Assembly (NCBI GenBank): GCA_963668355.1
Contig: OY764265.1
Coordinates: 128,001 to 192,000, forward strand
Direction: 5' to 3'
DNA from: Bdellovibrionota bacterium
GTDB lineage: Bacteria; Bdellovibrionota_G; JALEGL01; DATDPG01
DNA: 64,000 bases
Shown here: positions 39,965 to 50,900 of the stretch, piece after piece
Position numbering within the stretch: position 1 is the stretch's first letter
Layout: every line of letters begins with the position of its first letter
Position numbers and translations under genes: made by a program
The notes under the pieces: model-generated
The model's database searches: none
Told to the model about the DNA's origin: nothing
Seen by the model: the letters and a program-made list of their open reading frames with translations, nothing else

Positions 39965-40584
39965 GTCACATACTTCTCAATGGTTTTGAGAACATCGATT
40001 CGGTGAACCAAATCGGAAAGATAATCCAACTTATCAATCTGCAGAACCAATGTCGGGCTCGCCTTGTACGACGCGAACCACTTCTCATAAAGCTGATTTA
40101 ACCCCTTCAAGTAAGCAGGATCGATGTCTTGCTCTTCGGGCCGACCTCTCATCTTGATCCGCTTCCGAATGGTTCGAAGATTCGCACGCAAATAAATGAG
40201 TATGTCAGGAGGCTCAATGGCATTTAAAATCGTCCGATACAGATCTTGGTAAACCCCCCAGTCTCTTTCATGAATGAGCTTTTTCCGATGCAACATTTCA
40301 GCAAAAATCTCTGCATCTTCGAAAATGGTTCGATCTTGTACAATTGTTTTTTTGCCTTTTTGCTGGTCAAGCTCTTGGTGAATTCGAAACTTATGCGTCA
40401 AAAAATAGAGCTGAGAATGAAAGGCCCAGGACTTCATATTTCCGTAAAACAGCTTCATATATGGGTTATTCGCGTTGGGCTCAAAAAACGGCTGAACGCC
40501 ATAGGTCCGGCAAATAAAATCAACCAACGTGCTTTTTCCGGATCCCATATTTCCTGCGACCGCAATGTAGATGGGTTTTGCCAT
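39961..40584 (-). CDS. Deoxynucleoside kinase
   Basis: AGNMGSGKST P-loop, EP, QDRTIFED, RIKMRGR. Confidence 0.9.
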   Translation of the reverse strand: MAKPIYIAVAGNMGSGKSTLVDFICRTYGVQPFFEPNANNPYMKLFYGNMKSWAFHSQLYFLTHKFRIHQELDQQKGKKTIVQDRTIFEDAEIFAEMLHRKKLIHERDWGVYQDLYRTILNAIEPPDILIYLRANLRTIRKRIKMRGRPEEQDIDPAYLKGLNQLYEKWFASYKASPTLVLQIDKLDYLSDLVHRIDVLKTIEKYVT

Positions 40585-40672
40585 AGGCCTATGGGGCTCA
40601 TAACACTCTTTTTGATTTCTGGATACTTCACGAGCTTTTCATTTTGGCTCGAGCCGCGTATAGGGAATTTCC

Positions 40673-41314
40673 ATGAGCGAAAAAACGATTGTGGGAATTT
40701 GCGGAGGATCAGCTGCGGGAAAATCACTTCTGGCCCGTTTCCTCCAAAAGGAAATTCAATCTTCTTCGTTCATTCTCTCCCAAGATCGTTATTACAAAAA
40801 CATTGGACCCCTCACTCCGGAAGAACGATTGAAAGAAAACTTCGATCACCCAGAGGCCATCGACCATGACCGTCTCGTTCAAGATTTGAAACGATTTCAG
40901 CGGGGTGAAGCCATTGAAATTCCGAAATATGATTTCGTTTCATGCAGTTGGACTGGATTTGAGAAAATCAACGACCTCCCCCCGGTTCTCATTTTGGAAG
41001 GTCTTTTCATCCTTTGTGTTCCGGAAATCCTGGCCTTATTGGATTTTAGCATTTTCATTGACTCAAACGAGGAAAAGCGAGTTCAACGAATCATTCGAAG
41101 AGACTTAAAAACGCGAGGAAGAACCGAAGAAACGGTTCGAGAGAATTTAAGCAAGTGGGTCCTACCCATGCACAACCAATTTATCCAATCCTACAACGAT
41201 AAAGCCAATCTCGTCGTAAAAAACAATTCAGATGAAAAAGAGACACTTAGTGAACTCGCCAAGCAAGCCGCTTTTACCCTCAAACATCAGTTTCCGTCTC
41301 TGGGCGCAAGATAG
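40673..41314 (+). CDS. udk: Uridine kinase
   Basis: GGSAAGKS, QDRYY, NFDHPEA, ILEG, RRD...RGR, PMH. Confidence 0.88.
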   Translation: MSEKTIVGICGGSAAGKSLLARFLQKEIQSSSFILSQDRYYKNIGPLTPEERLKENFDHPEAIDHDRLVQDLKRFQRGEAIEIPKYDFVSCSWTGFEKINDLPPVLILEGLFILCVPEILALLDFSIFIDSNEEKRVQRIIRRDLKTRGRTEETVRENLSKWVLPMHNQFIQSYNDKANLVVKNNSDEKETLSELAKQAAFTLKHQFPSLGAR

Positions 41315-43635
41315 CAAACAGCCTGCTCTTTCTCTCCATCCATAACCAAATGAGCAAGCAGTCCTTCACAAACCGAGGGCAGGTGAATGACCTTCACATA
41401 TTTCGTATACAACTGGCCATCTTCCAACAACTCCGGCAAAGCATTGGGGGACTCCCTCAAAAAGGATTCCTTAAAAAGAGATTCCGATTCATCCGGATAA
41501 AGTGGAAGATACGCAATTCCAGATTCCACGAGATCTTGAAAAAAATGTGTTCCAAAAGAAACCTCGGGAACATAGCCTTCTTTTTCCCGCGCAATCTCAA
41601 TCAAGACTTTCGTATTTCGAATATCGGCGTAATTGATGCGTACGCCTAGGTTGATATCATTCGAGCCCCAACGCCCCGGCCCCATCAAAACATAAGAATG
41701 GTTGTGCAAACGCTGATTGATCCGGCTCACAACACGTCCTATGGTTTGTTTTAGGGAGAGATCTTCAATGGAATCATATTCAACGCTCGGAACATATACG
41801 AGGAATTCAATGTTTCGAACCTGTCCTGTGCGAACGTCCCGATCAGTCTTAAAAAGGATTCGATTCGAGTCCAGTTCTGCGGGCAATTGAACCCGAGTCA
41901 TCCCCATCAGCTTGGCTAAGGGTCGACATTGGAGCAAATAGAAGTTCGTTCCGTCGAATGCAAACTCCACGTCGACTGGACATCCATAAGCCTCATGAAG
42001 AACTTCCAAAACCTCTTTCATATGCTTGGCAAACTTCGTGGACTCGATGAGACGATCAAACGTCACACAGACATCCTCTTTAGAGGGGTCCAACAACTCC
42101 CCAAAAATGGGCGTCAGAGAACCATCTTGGAATTTGGAAATCACCAAATCGAACTTCTTCGGGATGGAATCTCCCAGGACTTCTTTGATGGGAAGCGTTT
42201 CAAATTGTTTGGTTTTTAAATTGATGACATCCACATTCTTTTGGGATTGAGCCAAGACCTCCCGCACTCCTCCTTGAGGCCTTAACGAAGGAACGGTCAG
42301 GGCGACCATACGTGGATAATCACTGCTCACACGATCTACCGCCCTCGTTCCCAAGCCCGTAACCAGGCGAATGAAACCGTCCTCTTTTCGAATTCTCCGA
42401 TCCCAACGATAAAAATCGTTTTGAGAAAACGCTACGCCGGCACACAGCGGGAAAAAGTAGTCTCGATGTTTGACACCCACAACCGGCTGAACCAAAACCC
42501 CCATAAACTCTTCGTAATCCACCAAATTTCTTTCTCGTCGATACATGAGGGGATCCGAGGCCAACATCGAAGCATAAACTTCTTTAACCGCACTGAGAAA
42601 TTGTTGGACCCGCGTCGAGAGTGCGCCCTGGTTGGCCAAAAAAATGGATTTGTATTTTCCGGAAAACACGGCCCCCAAACTATCCTCCAATAGACTTGAG
42701 GAACGCACAATCAAAGGGACTTCCCCCAACTTCTCCAACAGAAGTTCAACTTTCTTCATCACGTCCGGAGGAAAATCACCCGAATGAAAAAGCTCCAAAA
42801 CCAGAGGATACTCTTGTTCAATCTCTTCTTGAGTTTTGTATTTGTGACTTGCGTAAGACTCCAAGCCATTCTGCAAAACAAAAAGATTATTCAAGTCTGA
42901 TCTAAGAAAATAAGATTCAGGAGTTCGAATGGGGAATTCGGGTTCACGACCTTCTTTTTTAAAATGTTCTTCCAGGATGCGTCGGGCAAGAAGAAGGCCT
43001 GCAGCTTTTCCGCCAATTCTTCCCACGCCATTTTGTGGGCCAATCACATTCCCGGCGACCATCTCCAAATCTCGGATGAGGATGAAATTTCGAGCAATCG
43101 TTAAAAAGTCCAAATTGTCGCTGACAAATTGCCTCATTAGAGCCACACGAGTCGCGATCGCATCCGATGGAGGAAGTGGCGTCGCCGTTTTCGGTAACTT
43201 GCAATAGTCTTCGATCTTCTTGCGTAAAATATCGAAAGAGACGCCAGGAAGACGAGCGATATCCTCAAGCTCCTGCGCTTCTTCTCGCTTGGCCGTAATG
43301 GTGACTACATCTTCAATTTCTTCTTCTGAAAAATGTTTGGCCGAGACTTCGAGAATCGTTTTTCGAAGAGCATTTCGCTCTTTTTGTGTCCACTGCGTGG
43401 CGGTATCTACATTGAGAGCAATTCGTTGATTCGGTTTTCGCTTGATGGCCCCTTCTCCCAAAGCCATTTTGTATATTTCGTCCACACTGGCCACACCAGA
43501 GGAGTGGAGACGAATCAGGAAGTTTTGAACGATTTTAGATCTAAGGTTTGGATACTTCCGAATATAGCGATTTAGGAGACGGGTTGACGCTGATGAGTTT
43601 GGAGAAGAGTTTGACGTGTTTTTCTTTGCTTGCAT
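41287..43635 (-). CDS. PEP/pyruvate-binding (PPDK_N, ATP-grasp) domain protein without phospho-His or pyruvate domains
   Basis: IGGKAAG, IVRSSSLLED, FSGKY.S, GLGTRAV, PVDVEFA, LLQCRP, GPGRWGS, SFGTHFFQDL; start taken at MQAKK. Confidence 0.82.
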   Translation of the reverse strand: MQAKKNTSNSSPNSSASTRLLNRYIRKYPNLRSKIVQNFLIRLHSSGVASVDEIYKMALGEGAIKRKPNQRIALNVDTATQWTQKERNALRKTILEVSAKHFSEEEIEDVVTITAKREEAQELEDIARLPGVSFDILRKKIEDYCKLPKTATPLPPSDAIATRVALMRQFVSDNLDFLTIARNFILIRDLEMVAGNVIGPQNGVGRIGGKAAGLLLARRILEEHFKKEGREPEFPIRTPESYFLRSDLNNLFVLQNGLESYASHKYKTQEEIEQEYPLVLELFHSGDFPPDVMKKVELLLEKLGEVPLIVRSSSLLEDSLGAVFSGKYKSIFLANQGALSTRVQQFLSAVKEVYASMLASDPLMYRRERNLVDYEEFMGVLVQPVVGVKHRDYFFPLCAGVAFSQNDFYRWDRRIRKEDGFIRLVTGLGTRAVDRVSSDYPRMVALTVPSLRPQGGVREVLAQSQKNVDVINLKTKQFETLPIKEVLGDSIPKKFDLVISKFQDGSLTPIFGELLDPSKEDVCVTFDRLIESTKFAKHMKEVLEVLHEAYGCPVDVEFAFDGTNFYLLQCRPLAKLMGMTRVQLPAELDSNRILFKTDRDVRTGQVRNIEFLVYVPSVEYDSIEDLSLKQTIGRVVSRINQRLHNHSYVLMGPGRWGSNDINLGVRINYADIRNTKVLIEIAREKEGYVPEVSFGTHFFQDLVESGIAYLPLYPDESESLFKESFLRESPNALPELLEDGQLYTKYVKVIHLPSVCEGLLAHLVMDGEKEQAVCYLAPRDGN

Positions 43636-43643
43636 AAAACTTC

Positions 43644-43692
43644 GGCGCCGAACAGGCATGTCGAACTACATGATAACATGCCTGTTGGCACC
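43644..43692 (-). promoter_or_regulatory. Long stem-loop immediately upstream of the PPDK_N gene start
   Basis: Minus strand GGTGCC-AACAGGCATGT-N14-ACATGCCTGTT-c-GGCGCC, then gaagtttt ATG. Confidence 0.7.
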
Positions 43693-43755
43693 GACTAGAT
43701 AGAATTACTTTTGCAACGATCGAATTCTCGATCGCCTTAAGCAATTCAACTGGGT

Positions 43756-45006
43756 TTAGACCCAACCTCGCATTTTGCAGGCTTCAGCCACGCGGGCCAC
43801 TGCCACCATATACGCAGCTAAGCGCATATGGACTTTCTTTTTCTGCGACGTTTCATAGTTTGCATTGAATGCATCCGTCATCTTTCGATCCAATTGTGCA
43901 TGAACCTCTTCAATGGGCCAGTAGTAGTTATACGTATTCTGGACTTGCTCGAAGTATGAAACGGTAACACCGCCTGCATTGGCCATGAAATCAGGAAGAA
44001 CAAAAATTCCTTTTTCATAAAGAATTTTATCAGCTTCCGGTGTGGTAGGTCCATTGGCCAACTCACAAATGACTTTGCATTTGATGTCATTGGCATTTTT
44101 ATCCGTGATGACATTTTCCAATGCCGAAGGATAAAGAATGTCGCATTCCATCACCAAGAGTTCTTCATTGGAAATTGGCTTAGATCCAGGGAACCCTTCC
44201 ACGGAACCCGTTTCAAGTTTGTACTTCACGAGTGCATGAGGATCCATTCCATCCGGATTCTGGACACCGCCACGGGAGTCCGAAGCGGCAATCAATTTTC
44301 CACCGCCCAGAACTTCTTTATGCAATGTCGCAGCAAACTGGCCAGCGTTTCCAAAACCTTGAACCGCGTAGGTCGCTTTGGAAGGATCCAAGTTGATCTT
44401 CTTGCACGCTTCCCGAACGACATAAATGCCGCCACGAGCCGTCGCGTCCCCACGACCTTGGGATCCACCCAAAGGAATTGGTTTTCCGGTGATGACGCCA
44501 GGATGATGTTCTTTGCTGATGGTTTCATACTCATCCATCATCCAAGCCATGATTTGAGGCGTGGTGTACACGTCTGGAGCAGGAACATCGTTCATGACTC
44601 CAAGGTTTTTGCCGATGGCTCGCATCCAACCCCGAGCCAAACGCTCTTTTTCATTTGTGGAGAGGGCTTTTGGATTGCAGGTAACCCCACCTTTTCCACC
44701 GCCCAAAGGAATATCAACAATGGCTGTTTTCCACGTCATCCAAGCAGCCAATGCTCGAACCGTGTCGATGGTCTCTTCTGGATGCCAGCGAAGCCCCCCT
44801 TTTGTTGGACCTCGGCCTCCGTTGTATTGGACTCGATACCCACGGAACACTTGCGTGGTTCCATCGTCCATTTTGACAGGGATGCTCACCTGTACTTCAT
44901 ACATGGGCCAACGGAGCAATTCACGTGTACCGCTGTCCAAACCTAGTTTTTCTGCCGCTTCGTCAAATTGCGTTTGAGCAATTTTGAACGGATTGAGCTC
45001 AGCCAT
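43756..45006 (-). CDS. gdhA: Glutamate dehydrogenase (Glu/Leu/Phe/Val family), copy 1
   Basis: GPTKGGLR, MTWK, GGGKGG, VPAPD, GFGNAG, ANGP, NAGGVTVSYFE. Confidence 0.92.
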   Translation of the reverse strand: MAELNPFKIAQTQFDEAAEKLGLDSGTRELLRWPMYEVQVSIPVKMDDGTTQVFRGYRVQYNGGRGPTKGGLRWHPEETIDTVRALAAWMTWKTAIVDIPLGGGKGGVTCNPKALSTNEKERLARGWMRAIGKNLGVMNDVPAPDVYTTPQIMAWMMDEYETISKEHHPGVITGKPIPLGGSQGRGDATARGGIYVVREACKKINLDPSKATYAVQGFGNAGQFAATLHKEVLGGGKLIAASDSRGGVQNPDGMDPHALVKYKLETGSVEGFPGSKPISNEELLVMECDILYPSALENVITDKNANDIKCKVICELANGPTTPEADKILYEKGIFVLPDFMANAGGVTVSYFEQVQNTYNYYWPIEEVHAQLDRKMTDAFNANYETSQKKKVHMRLAAYMVAVARVAEACKMRGWV

Positions 45007-45238
45007 TGATTCTCTCCTTTGTACTATTATTCAGTCAATTCGAGTTTCTTGTGGAGCGAGTAAATACACGCTACCACCTACTTTGAGCGGGTTATGCTTC
45101 ATGGGCCATGATGTCAACCCTATTGGTCATGTTTCAGACCAAGAACTTTGGCCCCCGGTAAAAAGGCCATACACAGGGGTTTCTTGGCAAGAGTTTTTCT
45201 GGATCCTGGCTGTTTTTTCATTAAATTTGTGAATCCAC

Positions 45239-46264
45239 ATGCCAACCAACGTAACCGCAGAATACAAAAAACATGAGGCCGAATACCGCAAGGCCCGAGA
45301 GCCCCAGGAGCGACTTAAGTGCTTGAAAGAAATGCTCCGAACCATCCCCAAACATAAAGGAACTGAGCATCTCCAAGCCGATATCAAAACAAGGATTAAA
45401 CAACTCACGGAGGAGGTTTCGGGTCCCAAAAAAGGGGGAGCCAAGACAGGCCCATCCCAAACTGTGAAACCCGACGGAGCCGCTCAAGTTGCGCTATTGG
45501 GCCCTCCCAATGCCGGGAAGTCCTCCTTTCTAGCCAAAGCCACAGGAGCTCAAACGGACATCGGTCCCTATCCATTTACCACTCAGTTTCCGATTCCAGG
45601 GATGTTTCCTTTTGAAGATATTTATTTTCAGTTGGTAGACCTCCCCCCCATCTCGGCAGACTTTATGGAACCCTGGATGATCAATTCACTTCAAACAGCC
45701 GACGCCGCTCTTTTGGTGATAGACTTGGCGGAAGCCGGATGTACCGAACACGTGGAAGTCCTCCTCAAGCGATTGGAGGAAAAAAAAGTTACACTGACAC
45801 CCAACTGGCCTAGCCTGGGTTTCCCTCCAGAAAATGACGAAAAAGAGGAGGAACTTGATCCTTTTCGCCTATATCTCCCCACAGCACTCATAGCCAACAA
45901 AGGCGATCTCCAACAGAATGATGAAGAGATTGAAACCTTAAAAGAGCTTTTAGAAATCACCTTTCCCTCCCTCACGATTTCAGCCAAAACCGGACAAGGT
46001 CTGGAAGAGGTGTCCCGCTTTCTTTTTCAGAGTCTTGGCGTGGTACGTGTCTACACCAAAGCTCCGGGAAAAAAGCCAGAAATGGATACGCCATACACAC
46101 TCCCAATGGGGTCCACAGTGATGGATCTGGCTCAACGAATTCACAAAGATTTTGCTAAAAATCTTAAATTCGCCAAAATTTGGGGCAGCGGACGTTTTGA
46201 TGGGCAACAAGTTGGGGGAGAACATCAAGTGGTGGACCGTGACGTGCTTGAAATTCATATTTAG
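45239..46264 (+). CDS. DRG/Obg-family GTPase with C-terminal TGS domain
   Basis: PKHKGTE, GPPNAGKS, YPFTT, DLPP, NKGD, SAK, RVYTK, IHKD, D.DVLEIH. Confidence 0.85.
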   Translation: MPTNVTAEYKKHEAEYRKAREPQERLKCLKEMLRTIPKHKGTEHLQADIKTRIKQLTEEVSGPKKGGAKTGPSQTVKPDGAAQVALLGPPNAGKSSFLAKATGAQTDIGPYPFTTQFPIPGMFPFEDIYFQLVDLPPISADFMEPWMINSLQTADAALLVIDLAEAGCTEHVEVLLKRLEEKKVTLTPNWPSLGFPPENDEKEEELDPFRLYLPTALIANKGDLQQNDEEIETLKELLEITFPSLTISAKTGQGLEEVSRFLFQSLGVVRVYTKAPGKKPEMDTPYTLPMGSTVMDLAQRIHKDFAKNLKFAKIWGSGRFDGQQVGGEHQVVDRDVLEIHI

Positions 46265-46370
46265 CCTGGTTCCTCACGCATTCCCCTCTTGAAGAAAGAC
46301 CCTTTACGATGCTATGGTCCGCTGCCCTCGCCCCATCAGGCATCGGCCAAGAGAAGAACAGGAGAACACC

Positions 46371-47381
46371 ATGTATTCCACAAATGCCATCACTTTTGAC
46401 GATGTCTTATTGGTACCCGCATACAATCACTATGAGTCACGACGCCTTGTTGACATTTCCATGACCGATCGCCGAGAGATGATCACGTTGGACCTTCCGA
46501 TTTTTTCCTCCAATATGGACACCATCACGGAAAGCCAAATGGCCAATTTCATGTCCGAAAAAGGAGGCTCCGGTGTCATTCATCGTTTCATGTCTGTGGA
46601 ACGCAATATTGAAGAATTTAAAAAGTCTCCGACCAAAACCTTTGTTTCAGTTGGATGTTCCGAGAAAGACATGGAGCGTGTGGAAGCGCTTCGGGATGCT
46701 GGAGCCCAATATTTTTGCATCGATGTCGCCCACGCCCACGGAAAATACGTCGGTAAAACGCTGAAACGAATGCGCGAAATCTTGGGAAATGCCTGCATCA
46801 TGGCTGGGAATGTAGCCACCTATGCCGGAGCCGACTATCTGGCTTCGTGTGGTGCAGACCTAATCAAAGTTGGAATTGGAGGAGGATCCGTTTGCAGCAC
46901 AAGAATTAAAACCGGATATGGGGTTCCGATGTTGACATCCATTCAGCAGTGCGCCAAGACGGATCGTTCCATCATTGCGGATGGGGGCATCCGAACTCCA
47001 GGAGATGTGGTCAAAGCTCTCGCCTTTGGAGCTGATTTCGTCATGATTGGAGGCATGTTGGCGGGAACAAAACCCACTCCCGGAAATGCCGTCGAAAAAG
47101 AAGGAAAGCAATGGAAAGAGTACCGGGGCATGGCTAGCAAAGAAGCCCAGGACTCCTTCATTGGTGGTGTCCCAGATTGGAAAACCGCAGAAGGTGTCGC
47201 AACCTATGTCCCTTACCGAGAAGATGAGGAAGCCATCATTGCGGATATCATTGGGGGTCTGCGCTCAGGACTGACTTATGGTGGATCCAGCACCATTCGA
47301 GAGCTTCAACGAAAATTGGAATACTTGGTCGTCTCCCAAGCTTCTCGCCTGGAAAGCCTTCCCCACAAAACCATTTCTTAA
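46371..47381 (+). CDS. guaC: GMP reductase / IMPDH-family enzyme lacking CBS domains
   Basis: TFDDVLLVP, SSNMDT, DVAHAH, GNVAT, GIGGGSVCSTR, IADGG, YRGMAS, EG; CAGGAG SD. Confidence 0.75.
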   Translation: MYSTNAITFDDVLLVPAYNHYESRRLVDISMTDRREMITLDLPIFSSNMDTITESQMANFMSEKGGSGVIHRFMSVERNIEEFKKSPTKTFVSVGCSEKDMERVEALRDAGAQYFCIDVAHAHGKYVGKTLKRMREILGNACIMAGNVATYAGADYLASCGADLIKVGIGGGSVCSTRIKTGYGVPMLTSIQQCAKTDRSIIADGGIRTPGDVVKALAFGADFVMIGGMLAGTKPTPGNAVEKEGKQWKEYRGMASKEAQDSFIGGVPDWKTAEGVATYVPYREDEEAIIADIIGGLRSGLTYGGSSTIRELQRKLEYLVVSQASRLESLPHKTIS

Positions 47382-47439
47382 ATTTACGTAGAAAAGTGTT
47401 CGAGATCCATGAACTTTCTCGCTCAGAAAAACGATGCAC

Positions 47440-47919
47440 TTACGTTTCTTTGAATGTGGGATCGCTGGATTCGCTGGGAAGGCCTGGTTTATTGCCTGCT
47501 TTGTATTCTTCAATGAAGTTTTGAACCATCTCGCGAAAGGCTGCGCGAGAAAAATCGAGCGGTTTATCCAAACACATCACTTTTGGATATTTTTGGGCAA
47601 TTTCCCTTCGAATGTCTGAAGTCAAAAAGGCACTCAAAACCATTGTGGGAATTTCGGGATGATTTTCTTGCAACCACGCAAGCACTTCCAAACCTCTTAG
47701 AGGAGCAGAGTGATCTTCGGGAGACACTTCTGGGAAATTGTAAATCAAATCTACCATGATGGCATCGTGACCTTTTACGGAGTATCGACCCGAAACAATG
47801 TCCCGAGGGTCCATCACCGTTCGCGTATTCCAGAACTCTTCACAATTGAAGACAAAGGCATCTAAATTGTCAGCCTCATCATCTATAAACAAGACATTGA
47901 GCTGATCCGACAAAGCCAT
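47440..47919 (-). CDS. Single-domain response regulator
   Basis: FIDDE, MVDL, LSA, DKP; insertion after the phosphoacceptor Asp. Confidence 0.72.
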   Translation of the reverse strand: MALSDQLNVLFIDDEADNLDAFVFNCEEFWNTRTVMDPRDIVSGRYSVKGHDAIMVDLIYNFPEVSPEDHSAPLRGLEVLAWLQENHPEIPTMVLSAFLTSDIRREIAQKYPKVMCLDKPLDFSRAAFREMVQNFIEEYKAGNKPGLPSESSDPTFKET

Positions 47920-47982
47920 GTGTGGTTTTCCCTCTCTTCCGAATTTGAAAAGAAAAAATTTTACTGTCAATCCATCATGATG

Positions 47983-50900
47983 TCACGAATCACTTAAGGA
48001 AGAACGTCCCGAATGTATCGAATACAAGAGCGGAACCAGAATCAACGTGATGGTGGTACCAAAAACCAGTCCCCCGGCCAACGCCAAAACGACCGGGACA
48101 ATGAATGGCTCCTCCCCCCCCAATCCATAAATCGTAGGGATCATCGCCGCGATGGTTGTAAAGGTGGTTAAGAGAACGGGCCGAAGACGTTCCTTAGCCC
48201 CATCCACAATTTCCTCAAGGGTTAACTTCGCAGCCTCTGAGATCTCATTCAAATGACTGACCATGATCAAGGAGTCATTCACAACCACCCCAACCAACCC
48301 AAGAATTCCAATCATGGCCAAAAAACTAATGGGTAAGCCATGCAGGTAAAAAACGACAAACACGCCCCCCATCGCGAATGGAAGTGCCGCAAGAATGATG
48401 AGCGGCTGAAAGAATGAGTTGAATAAAATGACCAGAACGAAATACATGGCAATCAACGTACACACAAAGGCAATGTAAAAATCGCGCATGCTTTCTTGAG
48501 TGGCCTTTTCCTCACCTCCGAACACCATTCGAAAGCCCGGCGTCGATTGAATTTTTGTAAAAAATTTATCGCGGATTTTCCCGTTCGCCTCTGAGGAAGT
48601 GGTGACTTGTGTATCTACGTCAGCGGCCAAGGTGATCGACCGATTTCCATTGTAATGACGAACGACTTCATAACCCTTGGTACTTTCCATTTGCACCAAG
48701 TGCTTTAAGAACACTAATTTTCCCTGATTGTTGGGAACTTGAATGTTTTTCAAGATCTCGAGATTTCTTCGTTCCTCAGGTTTTAACTGAACACGAAAAT
48801 CAATTTCCTCTCCTCCACGCGTGATCTCGGTGGCAACCACCCCTTCATAAGCCGCTCGAATCGTATTCCCCAAGTCTCTAGCAGACACACCCAGACGGGC
48901 CATAGCCTCATAGTTCGGACGCAAGCGGATCTCCCTCTTATCTTTTCCCTCTTCCGCATCAATATTTTTCACACCCTCCATTTGGTGCAAAAAGGCACTC
49001 ACTTCTTGAAAGAACGTCGATCTCACTGCATCATCATCGCCAATGATGGTTACCGTAATGGGCTTTCCGATGGGAGGACCATCATAAAGTTCGGCCACCT
49101 CCAGGCGCGTATAGTCTTCGAATCTTTTCGACTTCTCACGGATTTGATCCATGATCATTTCACTGTGAAGATGTCTTTCTGAAGCAGGCTTGAGATAAAC
49201 AGTGATCAAGGCCCAGTTACTATGAAAACCTGCCGTGCCCCCATACACACTGGTGTCATGATGCCCAACTCGCGTGGTGTAATTTACGAGCTGAGAAGCC
49301 TCGATTTCCTCGACCAACCCTTCCAGCTCGGAGACTTTCTTCGACGTTTTTTCCAGGCTATACCCTTCAGGAAGTTCAATGATCACATGAAAGATATCTG
49401 CATCTTGATAAGGAAACAGAACGAGCTTCATCCCCACCAGAAACAAAGACGAAGAACCCACCAAAAAGAGAAAAAACACGATGATCGTGCGAAAACGAAA
49501 TCGAAGCGTCAGTTTCAACATCCGTTTATAAAACTCTTTCACTTTTTCGAACCATTGATGTCTTCGGGGTTCGCTCTTCTGTCCATGGGCAATGTGAATG
49601 GGAAGAATGAAAAGAGATTCAAAAAGGCTCACCGCAAGCGTCAAGGTCACGACAATCGGAATCTCCCGAACAAACTTCCCCGTAATTCCACTCATGAAAC
49701 CAATCGAGAGAAATGCCAATATGGTTGTGACAACTGTCGTAAGAACAGGCCATCGAATCCCCTTAACCCCCTCTATCGCAGCATCCCGAGCGGACATCCC
49801 CTTTTCCCTTAAACGCGTGATGTTTTCGGCCACAACAATGGCATCGTCCACAATCAGCCCCAACACAATGATAAGTGTAATGAGTGAAATGAAATTGATT
49901 TCCACACCAAAAAAAGGAAAAAGGCTGAATGCCCCCAATACAGAAATGGGGATTCCTGCGGCCGTCCAAAAGGCCGTCGTCTTCGTCAAAAAAATCGACA
50001 AACAAAGAATCACCAAAACAAAACCGAGAAGTCCATTATTCTGAACGATTTTGAGCATGGATGCCGTGTAATAGGAAAAGTCACTCACCAAATGAATGTT
50101 TACGTCTTTCGGCAGATGCTTTCGAAATTTTTCAATCGTTTCGTTGACTCGCTCGCTGATGGTTATGATGTCCGCATTTCCTTGAGATCGAATGAGAAGG
50201 TTGATGCTATTTTGTCCACGTGTTCGAGACTTCACGTCTTCTTGTTCGAAGTCATCGCGGATCACCGCAACTTCGTCCACACGCACGCTATGCCCACTAA
50301 AGTTGGACCTTAAGATCACCTCTCCCACCTCCAAAGGAGAATCAAATTCTGAATAGGTTACGATTTGTTTCTCGTCCGTGAACGACTCTAAGTTCCCACC
50401 GGACACCCGTACGTTTTGGTTCTGGATGGCTTGAATCACACCCCCTAAAGACACATCCATCTCCTCCAGAGCTTCAGAAGACACTTCTATTTTGACTTCT
50501 CGTTTCCGATAACCAACCTTCTCAACAGATCCAACCCCGTTGATCTCCTTGATCTCGTCTTCCAAATCCTCTGCAACCTTTCGAAGCTGCTTCTCTGGAA
50601 CATCTCCTTGAATGGCCAACTCGAGAACCGCCACATTGGACGAACGCAGCTCTTTGATGGAGGGTTTTCCATCGATTTCTGCCGGAAGATCTGAAACACG
50701 GTCCACAGCTCTGGAGATTTCATCCTTCACCCAGTCAGGATCCGAAGCATCCGCATCCACAAACGCATAGACTAAGGAAATGTCTTCGAGAGAGGAGGAA
50801 AGCACTTTTTCCAAACCATCCACATCTTCCAATTCATCCTCAATTTTTTTGGTGACATTGATCTCAATATCTTCAGCAGAAGCTCCCGGATAGATCGTCG

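Noticed and set aside
44236..44946. 236-aa ORF antisense to gdh
   Set aside because: Fully overlaps a conserved gene; explained by codon bias on the coding strand.
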